Below are positions 50,818 to 61,358 of a stretch of 64,000 nucleotides of DNA, piece after piece. A program made the position numbers and the translations under genes. The notes beneath the pieces are model-generated. The model made no database searches, was not told the DNA's origin, and saw nothing but the letters and a program-made list of their open reading frames with translations. Position 1 is the first letter of the stretch. Each line of letters begins with the position of its first letter. Source of the DNA: Botryllus schlosseri (Eukaryota); the NCBI GenBank assembly GCA_051294905.1, contig CM119372.1, positions 36,518,001 to 36,582,000 of the forward strand, given 5' to 3'.

Positions 50818-52290
50818 TAATCGGTGTCGATAAATATCACTGTCTTTCATATGTTCGGATTGTTCTCTCACAAATAAATTGACCGCAAACGAAGTGATCG
50901 AAGCTTACAGCTTACGTTATCGTAAACCAAGTAGTAAATAAATTTAATAGCAAAATGTCTATTCCTGTTTTCCGTTCTTACCTTAACGATACCTCTTGTT
51001 TTATTTAAATAGAATTCGAATATAGTTTAAATAGTCCTCAACCATTGGCGTAGGCTCGAATTGTATCATATCAATTTATAAAGGGTTAAGTATGGCATCT
51101 TATCCATTCGTTTCTCCATTCTCTATTTTGGCTGGTAACTATAAACTGAGGCTATGCAATTACTTGAGCAGTTTAACAGTTCTACGAATATGTGAGCGAT
51201 GCAGCCCCTTTTTGCGTTTATATTCAAGTCTATATCCGTTCATCGGTTCAGAATCAATGACCACTCAATATGTATTTCAGACATCTAGCAAAATTCAATG
51301 GTGTAATCATGCCTCATACTCCGAAAAGGCAAGTCGACTTGAATTGTGACTTGACTCGTGACTTGACTTGACTCGACTCGACTTGACTCGAGTCACCTCC
51401 AAAAATCGAGTGACTTGACTTGACTCGAGTCATCTTCGAAAATCAATTGACTTGACTTGGCTCGAATCAAAATGTGCAATGACTCGAATTGACTTGTGAC
51501 TCGAAGGTAGTGGCTTGATCCCAACACTGGCTCGAATTGTATCATATCAATTTGTAAATGGGTTATGCATTGCATCTTAACAATTCGTTTCTCTATTCTC
51601 TATTTTTGCTGGTAACTGCAATTACTTAGTAGTTACGCAGTTCTACGTATATGTGAGCGATACATCGCCTTCTTGCGTGTATAAATATTCAACTCTATAT
51701 TCGTTCATCGGTTCAAAATCAATGACAACACAAACTGTATTTCAGACAGGCAGCAATTTGTGATAACGTAATCATGCCTCATACTTCGAAAAAGCAACTT
51801 GACTTGAACTGCGACTTGACCCGTGACTTGACTTGACTTGACTCGAGTCACCTCCAAAAATCGAGTGACTTGACTTTACTCGAGTCACCTTCGAAAACCG
51901 ATTGAATTAACTGGACTCGAGTCAAAATGTGCACTAACTCGAAATGACTCGTGACTCGAAGGTAGTGACTTGATCCCAACACTGCGATATAGACGACATA
52001 TACAATATGGGATGATTAGAAACTTCAAATAATCGGTTCAACGGCTATAATACGTAGATATTTCGTCAAAGGATCTATATTTACCCAATATTTTCAATTG
52101 TCAATGTCAATCCACTATGACGTCACAATTGAATATTCGTGACGTCATTACTTAAAAAACAAAACAAAAAAACATACAATAAAAAATATGTTACAAGGGC
52201 CTTGTTTCAAACATGTTTGTTTCAAATTGATTTTTGTTTCAAATGCAACTCTATCTACCACCATATTACTATATATTGGCGTGGTACAAG

Positions 52291-53587
52291 CAGGGCCGTA
52301 ACAGCACTTTGCCAGCTCCCCCCAAAAAACGTTGGTTTTTGGCCCCCTATATGATGATAAACCGAACTTCTGGAGGGCTTCGTCCCTTCAGACCCCCCGC
52401 CAGCCTGGACGCTGTTTACCGCTGCTCACGATATACATTGCGGGCAATTTACTGAGTCAGCTTTACATGCCGAATCGCGGTAAACGCGAAAATTTTCTAT
52501 AATTCATGATTGAATCGGTCAATATGATCGAGAATTGCATATATATTGCTATCAACTTTTATCTTCTCGCTGCTCACGTAATTAGATTTACAGGTAGAGC
52601 TGAGTGAGATGTGTTTGAAAAGGTACGACCCCTAAATAATAATTAAACATCTTCGGGCGTATACCCGTTGGCAGGAACGAAACTGCACTTCGTCACCCCC
52701 CCCCCAAAAAAAATCCTATGTCTTGGGGTCCATAGGGTGATAAACCTAACGCCAATCACGTTGTTTGCTTTTTCCACGAAATTTGTCACACTGATTAGTG
52801 AGCCAGCGCGCAGCGCGAAAATCTTTGATAATTCATGATAAAATCAGGAATTGCATATGTATTGCTATCAATTTCTTGTCCTCTCTGCTCACGTAATCAG
52901 ATTTACCGGTAGAACTGAGTGAGGTGTCTTGGAAACTATCGGGCCCGTTGGTATGACTCCGTAACATGATGTTAATTTGTGACCTCTTTTCTGCTATATC
53001 AAAAATATAGAATCGCCGAAACGTAGGCTACTAAACTAAAAGACGTACACGATTTCAAATTGGTATTTCATCACTGGCATAGAATTTTTCCCTGCGGAAT
53101 GGTATTTGTCTTGTGAGGTTCAGATCGCCAAGACAGGAACATTCTGCTCCAGTCAATTTGGCGCCTATAGACAATTAAACCTATAGGCCTATACATTTTG
53201 TATATATAACTAGGTTTTCGGTCAGCATAAGAGCAGTCCTTTTGGGCCAAGGTTTTCTCGCTGCCGATACTTCTGGCGCACTTCTTGTCGCATGTTACAT
53301 GGGCCAAAACTTTATATGTCTTGGTGCATCGTGGCGCGGTAATGGCCAACGCCGATATGCCCATTTCTATAAATCTTGCGTATTTTTTCTTGGTGGAAGA
53401 GTACCATAAAATCAAGATATCTGGCAACTTTAAATCGCGCGGAGCGCAAAAAATTATGAAAAAGTTGCATCAATTTTCAAAAAATACTCTATAATTTATG
53501 CTAATTCACGAAATAATTTCGCGCCCCCTTCGAGCATGCCCCCCCCCCCCCAATCGGAGGGTTTGGGGTGCGGCAGTTACGGTCCTG
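52291..53587. mobile_element. Complete hAT MITE (1297 bp)
   Basis: TIR cagggccgtaac / gttacggtcctg; perfect TSD GGTACAAG. Confidence 0.93.
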
Positions 53588-54114
53588 GGTACAAGAAAAC
53601 AGAATCCACTACAGACTACACCCATGCTGGGATAGGGGAATTTCACTCGTTTTCGTCCATTCGAGCTGGAGTGAAAGGAAAATGTGGTTTCAGAAAGGGT
53701 CATTTGCCCAATTTATACCATACGCTGCGTTATAACTCGGCGAAATACACAATGTCCGTATGCGGCATATTGATATTGATATATGGACGCATGGCCATGG
53801 CGAGGGTCGGTAATATGTCTGTATAACTCCACCCCTAATTATGCGAGTATTTTGTGTTTGTTCGGTCACAAGTTTTTGGTACTTTTGAATCTTCCCGTTT
53901 TTATTCGGTATGCGCGGTCGTTAACAACTTCTAAAACATGCAACCTTGAATTATATCACGTTATAGAGGTGAGGATGGCCGGGAGCTACTTGATTTTTAC
54001 GATGTGATAATGCTATCAGGTATTGCGAACACCAATATTCAGTTTTACACCACACCATAATAACTTCCAACTTTGTATCCACTATATATTCTATTTTTTT
54101 CCATTCATATTCAG

Positions 54115-54314
54115 AGTGCAAAAAATCCAGACCAATCGATACCACGTTCCTGATCGATACGTCCGCGAGTCTCGGCATTCGTAATTTCCGGCTCGCCCTA
54201 AAATTCGTCGCGCAACTGGCGTCTGACTTTCAACAGTTGTCGACTAACTTTAGGACCGCTTTGATGACCTACTCTACTGAAACACGGATAGAGATCCCAT
54301 ACACCTTTTACAAC
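54115..54314 (+). CDS. Exon encoding the N-terminal half of a von Willebrand factor A domain; not in the supplied ORF track
   Basis: Acceptor ttcatattcag, donor gtgagt; phase 1 to 0; CKKSRPIDTTFLIDTSASLGIRNFRLALKFVAQLASDFQQLSTNFRTALMTYSTETRIEIPYTFYN with MIDAS DxSxS. Confidence 0.85.
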
Positions 54315-55309
54315 GTGAGTCAACGTTTCGCGTTTTGATAGCGTTTTACTAAACCCCGGCGGATGTAGATGATGTACACTGTACAGGCCCGATATCGTAT
54401 ACTAAATATCGATATCGACTATAGCCGATGTTATCGAACATTTCCGGTGATGTCCTATCATATGTAAATAGCAGTATGTATATATTTTGTTCTACTATGG
54501 CAGGTGACTGAAATTTCATTAAGCGAATGGCACGTTTGCTTCTCTAATTGTTCTCTTTTGAGTCGCCCTACACCCAGTGCCGCAGTAGCCACTTGGCGCT
54601 TATGGCTCTGCGCCATGGGCGGCAGGCTCCAAGGGGGCGGCAAAATGTGAGGTGTTGACGTTAGCGTTCGATCACTAATACGTAGATACAGCAGAGGAGT
54701 TCCCAATTCTTTGATTTACATTTTTTCTGGTCAGAATATATAATGTCTTAACTGTATTGTGGAGCTGTACACACTGACAACGGGCATGACTCAATTAGGA
54801 TGGATAGACATCGCTATCTGCTTTGAGCTAAGGAGAATTATGGCAATCTTAGGACTGGTGTCCCAAGTCCAAGATTTGATGCAGCTGATATCAATGAAAA
54901 GATATGATCGTAACAATTACGAAGTTAAAATTTAAATTTGGCCAGGAGACTGGAATGCATCTATAATCTTGAATGATAAACATTGTGATGAACAATGGCA
55001 GGGTAAAGAATAATGCGATTTCGCGGTCCGTCTGGCAATGCAATAATAAAAAAATATATGAACGTGGGAGATACACGTACAATACATGGCCAATATCGTA
55101 ATAGAAGTTTTTTTTCATCAAGCAGTATCGCGTGGTACCTTTATATCGAAAACGTATACTACACTCTTAGCGAAAAGAATGTGTATTTCCACCCGCGTAC
55201 CACCCTTGATACACGGGCGTGAATATATTATACATACACCCATGGCACTCGAAACCAGAACATACCTCAGACTGTATACCGCGGTATAAATCGATACTAT
55301 CGATATTAT

Positions 55310-55497
55310 CCAGCGTTGTAATGACTCGAGTCATGACTCTACTCGAGTCGGGTTTTTTGGTGACTCGACTTCACTCGAGTCATTTTCCCAAAAATGAAAA
55401 ATGACTCGACTCGGGTCAATTTGTGTATTGACTCGACTTGTACTCGAGTCACTTCGTATGACTCAGACCAAGTCATATCACTCGAGACTGAGTCTAC
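55310..55497. repeat. Short GACTC-rich MITE relic related to 32573-33532
   Basis: cagcgttgtaatgactcgagtcatgac start and dense gactcg repeats; no TSD confirmed. Confidence 0.55.
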
Positions 55498-56739
55498 CAA
55501 GACAGGCATTTCATTGTAATTTCGAAGAATAGTAAAGCTATACTACTATTATTATTTTGTCTATCAGTACTGGTACTTGAAAATGCTACCAGAAACTGTT
55601 TAAAGTGAGGCAAATTAGTATAATATGAGTAGTAATATAGATGTGCGATCGACGCCCATTCGCGATTTATAAAGAACAAACAAACATTATCAAGATAATA
55701 AACAGTGTAAGAATTAGCTCATTCTCAATTTTGCAGCAATACTTTTATGACCTTGTGTGCGGCAATAAAAAAAGGGGGAATAATTAACGATAGAGAGAAA
55801 ACGAACAAAGAATCTGGATTGACCTTTGTACTCAGACATGAGTCATTCTACTTGTACTTTTCCACTCGCCTCCTGATTATAATACATTGTAATTTTACTG
55901 TATTTTTCCACGATCCATAGCTGACCTCGGTCGTACACGAAGCTTGATAATAGTTGCCTGCCCTGACCCGTTGTTCCGTGGTCCAATTTCATGACCTGGG
56001 AGCAATAGCCCGTCAAACTGGTTGACTTATCGTTCCGCGGTTGATTCAATTTCGTGTACGGGGGGGGGGGGGTCATAGGAATAATTGCCGGTCGTGACGT
56101 CAGTATAGTTTTCTTCTGATCCATGAGATCCTGATGCGTGTTTTAGGTGTCCATACGTTCGGCTGTGTAAGGTGACGCCTGTGGTCTGTCTCATACTGTC
56201 GTACTTGAACCCGCTTGCTTTGTTGTCCACCCAGACAGTAACGAGAAATGATCTGTTATTATTATAAATATGTGTGTCATTTCGAGTCATACCGAGAATC
56301 AGAATGAATGTCCTAGTAGAAATTTGTATTAGGCGACCCGACATAGATTAGCTTAAATAAAGTAACATTATGAATATAATAAGTAATTAAACAAATAGCT
56401 GATTCTCAATTTTGCTCGCATCAACGCTCCCGGTATTACGTACCTAGTATTCGGTGCAAGCAACAAATGTGGCTGTTCCATACCTATACCGCGTTCTAGC
56501 GTCTTCATAAGGACAGACAGTCCCAACCAAACAATGTATTTATGATGGGTTCTTTTACTGCTTCACGTCTGGTCAGGCGTAATCGTACCGGTGCTTGTAA
56601 ATGATATACAATTTACCGCGGCATATTATTTTTGTATGCTTGAATCGATCAGTTGTCGAACTCATGCTTTACCGGTATGTACTATCGATCACGAGCTCAC
56701 CACGCACTTGTCGTTCGAGAGCGACTCATTTCGCTATAG

Positions 56740-57385
56740 GCAATCAGTTGTGTTCGCGTGTACCGTAACATATCCTCAACACTTGTTATGACAACACCTC
56801 CAAGCATATTTACAATATCATGCTAAGGAACTATTGCTTCGGCAGCCACGCACTGTCGTTCGAATTCGACTAATTTCGCCGCAGACAATCAGTTGTGCTC
56901 GTGTGTGTCGTAACATATCCTCAACACATGTTATGCCAACACCACCGAGCATATTGGCAGCATCATACTACGGATATATTGAACCGGCGAAGTGTTACCG
57001 TCAGAGAATTGCTCCCGTCAACTGGTATTTTGAAAGCTCCCGGTATGGTGTATAATTGTGTAATGTGTATGGATTGTCGCGGTATTAGAATTGTGGTTAC
57101 GGCTCGTTGGCGGTGCGAGGATCAGGTTTATAGTATACTATAACTACTTAGCTCGGATACGCTATCGTTGCTTTGTCCAAGACCTAATTCACGATAATCA
57201 ATCTCGCTGTCGAAAATGACATGCGGCCGCGTAGACTGCATAGCGCCATTTTGTTTTGTGATCCATCCTGCTGTGCCGAGGATCGAAACATATCCTCAAC
57301 ACATGTCAACACCCCCAAGCATATTTGCAGCATCGTACTACGGATATATTGACTCGGCAGAGTATTACCGTCAGAGAATTGCTGT
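56740..57385 (+). repeat. Three diverged local copies of a ~90-150 bp unit
   Basis: aacatatcctcaacac(a/t)tgt...agcatatt at ~56768, ~56914, ~57288. Confidence 0.75.
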
Positions 57386-58789
57386 GTCACGCCTTCGGGC
57401 CTTGCATTTTCCGCTCGGTAACTGCGAGTACGATGTTATTTCAATTGTCCACGAAACGAATCGGGGTAGCTCGCTTCATCGGGGATCAGTGACCTTATTT
57501 GGCTGAAACGCGCTCGGTGGTGCAATAATGGGAATGAATTGTGACAGATCATACGTGATGCGATCTATAGCCTGAGGTGAGGTGTAAAGTAGAGGGGGAG
57601 ATTTCGAAATCGGAATCCACTGCGACTATAGGGTTGCAAAATCAAAGTCCAAAAAATCCGACTGGCCCGTAAAGTCCTGGTATTTCCATGTATTAGGCTG
57701 GTAAAATGTATCATAAATCCGACTCTCAAAGACACTTGGCCGCATCCAGCCCGGGTTTAACCAAAACTGATGAAATCCGCGCCGGAAACGAATCGTGACC
57801 ACCCCCGTCCAGACAAAATAGTTCTGCTGTAAGGGGAGTGTCGTTGTACATTCATTTACGTACAGAGAGACTTTGTATCGACTCATCGGCGGGCTTCTGT
57901 TTGTCTGTACAGGTATTATTAGTGTAATTAGATTTGCCACCACGGGGAGTATATTGGCAAAATCACACAACGATAACAACTTTACCCGCCAACAACTCCA
58001 ACGGGATATATATCCATGTAAATTTCATTCATATTATTATGAAAAAGCTAATCCACCACGTTCACACGATAATATTTCATACGACTCCTTTGACAGGGTT
58101 GTTTACGCTAGTATTGTAACATGGTGATCACTAACAGGGGGCTGTGAATCCAGGTCCAAAGAGTCCGGGAATAGGCTAGCAATACAACCGTTGGGGGTAT
58201 TCGAGAAAATCGCTTAATTTTTCGACAGGAACGATGATCACACCGACGGCATCTCATGACTTGTCATTCGAATACTTGTAATTTTGATGTACTGTGCTGT
58301 ACGCAAATCAGCTGTGATCAATCGAGCGTGACACAGTCGATGTCAGTCATCAATCCGCTTGTTTGACAAAACTCTCGTTTTCTGGTTGATAGCAACACGA
58401 TACGATACATTTGTTGTCCCCATCGACCCTCCTAATAGGGTTACCATGCGGCCTCCTTTAGGGGAGCATATGTCCTCCTTTTCCCAGATATGTCACCCAA
58501 TTCACCTAAATGTACTCTCTTTCTGTCAGTTTGTCCTCCTTGTTAGCTCAACATTTCCAAAAAAACACCACGAGTAACGCAAAATGCGGGTCTAGATTAC
58601 GAAAGTCGGGTACGTAGCCAAATCGGAAAAATGACGCTATGATGGCATTGTGCAGGCTATCACGTGGATACGGGGGACCTGTGTAAACACGTGAATAGTA
58701 AAAGCGCCCCAAACTATCGTGAAAAAGATCGAGCGTACTCGACTATGTCGGGGCCCACCATAGTACAGCCAAATGATCCCATGTCGTAC

Positions 58790-59345
58790 CGAGAATAGCC
58801 GGGGTGGTGGTACATCATTCGCACGAGATGTACTTTGGAATGCGTGTGAAATCGACATCCTCCGTTACTCGACTGAAGCAAGTCGCCACTGCACTCTCTC
58901 TGTGTATACACAACGATCCAGACGAAACTACGCGTTCTGGCGAGGTTATCGAAATAGCTGGAGCGATTCACAATACATGCTACATTTACTTCTAATGGAA
59001 GGACAAAATATAGCTTTGAAGTACTCAAGTAGAAGTAGTGTTAAAGAAATGTCGTGAAATCGCTTTCTATCCTAATGATAAAGAGTAGGTCCCCATAAAA
59101 CTGTCGAGCCAAAATACAGTTTCGAAGCAACCCAGTAATTTGTAAATCTTATGGGTTGCACGATGTGTTCATTGATTAGAGAGAAGCAGACACGGTGGTG
59201 TCTGTATAACAAGGCTGTTCTCAAACCCACATTGTCTTCGTTATTATCGGCGAGATATGGCTTTGCAGTGACATTGCGGTTGTTAAAATACATTGATTAA
59301 ATACGATTTATCCCTCGTATATGGGGATCAATGGGCGAATAATGT
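58790..59345 (-). pseudogene. Highly degenerate further IAP/BIR relics
   Basis: PIDPHIR (~59330) and, across frameshifts, LAR..LDR..TQ..CSG..TEDV (~58830-58950). Confidence 0.3.
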
Positions 59346-59507
59346 ATCGATTCAGCAATTCGGTACGCCAAGTACTTAATTTTCTCCGGCCCGCCGACCG
59401 AAGAAGTTGCCCCCCCCCCCCCCCCCTTGTGTAACACGTAAATGATACAATAGCGACAGCTAGCGGTTGTCGATCATCCATAAAAATACTAACCAGTAAT
59501 ACAGCCC

Positions 59508-59729
59508 TCAAGGAAAACAACAATCCAGGAGATACGTCAAGTGTATTTCAGATACATCGTCTGTAGACCTCCAATTGCGGAGAACACCGGAGCAGCTGAA
59601 GCACTGCGTTCTGTCTAGGTCACCGAGATAAACCTTGTTTTGCCAACTCCCCGACCGTCCGTGGTATGGGATAGCTGAGCCATTTCTCAAAAGGTTCAGT
59701 ACTCTCCGTATTTTGAGGTTATTGCACAA
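59508..59729 (-). pseudogene. Frameshifted BIR (IAP) domain
   Basis: YLGDLDRTQCFSCSGVLRNWRSTDDVSEIH...DCCF; the upstream FEKW...ELAKQG segment is in another frame. Confidence 0.8.
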
Positions 59730-60061
59730 TCTATCTCTAATATGCTGTAATATAGACAGGTCCAGACTTGTCTATTCACTTCCGTAGACTGACTTTTATA
59801 ACACATTTTACACAAATACACATGTTCAGTTTATTTGAAGTAATAACGGGCAAGCACATTAACTAATCGTCCAGAACAAGGTGTAGAGCTTCTTTCAGAT
59901 CTTGGCATACTTTCTTGATATCAGAATCCTTTTTTTTTGATTTGCGACGTGAAAGCAATACCAGCTTCGCATACACGAGCATATGATTGCGTATAAACCG
60001 ATATTGAAGTCTTCTGAGAGCATCTTCATTATTCTCTAGTCTACACAATATTATTTTCCTC

Positions 60062-60349
60062 TTAGTACTTTATGTCTCTCAATCCAACAGTTGAATTGCT
60101 ATTCGAAAGTATCTGATACAGACAAACTAATTCTTTAAGTTTGTTCATCGTAGCGTAACGACCATTTTTACGAATCCATAACTGTATCATTTGATATCGT
60201 TGCTCAGTTAAGTTATAGCAATCCGTGTATTGGCATTCGGCCATTTCATTGTCAGATAGCTCAAGTTTTTCACGTGCAAACCTATACCAGTTCATCGGGT
60301 CAATCCGATCCATTATGACGTATATATCACTAGCAGTAATCTTGGACAT
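60062..60349 (-). CDS. DEATH-domain protein (95 aa ORF; a second frame 60048-59863 may be a frameshifted C-terminal extension)
   Basis: NWYRFAREKLELSDNEM..C..NLTEQRYQMIQLWIRKNGRYATMNKLKELV matches the W..LAR.L.LS....I / EQ.Y.ML..W....G..AT...L pattern; AATAAA on - at ~59830. Confidence 0.8.
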   Translation of the reverse strand: MSKITASDIYVIMDRIDPMNWYRFAREKLELSDNEMAECQYTDCYNLTEQRYQMIQLWIRKNGRYATMNKLKELVCLYQILSNSNSTVGLRDIKY

Positions 60350-60450
60350 ATTCGATCTATAGTGTACAGCGAATAATCATGTAATAAATATTACACGTTA
60401 TATATTGCCTTGCACTCGGTTCAACTACAATAACAAATAAGGCGATCAAC

Positions 60451-60593
60451 TTACGCAATAATGACGTAATCATATCTCAGCGTTACTGAAACCAAGCAAA
60501 GCCGCTCTCGTAATAACTAGAGTAATCGACTACGCAATCATAATGACGTAATCATTACTGCACATGCTTGAACTGCAATACGCAATCATAATG
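60451..60593. promoter_or_regulatory. Cluster of bZIP-type motifs upstream of the DEATH ORF
   Basis: TTACGCAA 60451, TGACGTAA 60462 and 60544, CTACGCAA 60530, ATACGCAA 60578. Confidence 0.35.
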
Positions 60594-61358
60594 AAGAATA
60601 TATACGTATATATCAATTTCTGCAACTTTTTAATTTTGCTCGCACTGTACACGATTTCATGTAGATAAATGTTTTGATTATTAGGCACCCTTCCTTCACA
60701 AAAAATACGCATCATTTATGAGAGTAGGAATCTAAGCGTTGCCCATTACCACGCCAAGATGTAAGAAGACATATGAAGTTTGGACCAACATGGGCCTCAT
60801 AGAAGAGTGTCAAAAAGATCGTCAGCGAGAAAACATGGGTCGAAAAGGATTGCCCTTATGTTGACCGTAAACTTCGATATAAATGTATGGGTGCCTAAAG
60901 TGCTGGCACCGAATAATTATGTCGTGGTAATCTGGACCCCACAGGGCAACTGACATCCCGAATTATTATAGTGAAGAAATACCAATTTTGAATCGTGCGC
61001 TTCTTTTAGTTTAGTAGTCTGTAGGCGAGTTCAATATCTTTTGATTACATACCGCACAGGAAGTCGGGCTGAGAGGATACAAAATTTATAGCAATATACA
61101 CGCAATTATCAATATTATTGACCTAATCAATCGTTAATTATACAGTTATTTTACCAGGTCCACGTGGTCGCATCTGAATGGAGACCGGATAGGTCAAAAG
61201 TGCTACATTCGGTCAAAGTGGCGAACATACCGCCTGGTTATCAAGTGTTTTTATGTATGATCGATCCCCACTGTCTAGCGAGACGAGCAGGATTTTGGTG
61301 TCTGATTAATAAGGTCGTAAGAGTGTGGTAAATCCGTTTACAAACTACTTTACACATT

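Larger units (their letters stand above)
45993..51984. mobile_element. Composite hAT MITE (family of 32573-33532) containing Gypsy D and a duplicated right half
   Basis: Left TIR cagcgttgggat; right TIRs atcccaacactg ending 51529 and 51984; perfect TSD CGATATAG at the outer ends. Confidence 0.92.

Noticed and set aside
55843-56344. PPxY-containing minus-strand ORFs
   Set aside because: The proline run comes from a G homopolymer; no consistent frame or domain
57626-57979. 117-aa aromatic-rich ORF
   Set aside because: No recognisable family, non-ATG start, no supporting exon structure
54780-58260. Second half of the VWA domain (candidates YGNLRTGVP ~54840, GVHTFG ~56148, HTDGIS ~58241)
   Set aside because: Each has nearby stops or poor splice context; downstream exons remain unidentified
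58773-59057. SAMD9-like P-loop (GGGTSFARDVLW)
   Set aside because: Short chance resemblance, antisense to BIR relics, no surrounding NTPase motifs
60040-60068. Intron joining the DEATH ORF to the 59863-60048 frame
   Set aside because: The GT-AG interval is only about 28 nt; a frameshift or true stop is more plausible
59508-60349. Single DEATH-BIR fusion gene
   Set aside because: Stop at 59863 and AATAAA at ~59830 lie between them and the BIR is frameshifted; unsupported without transcripts
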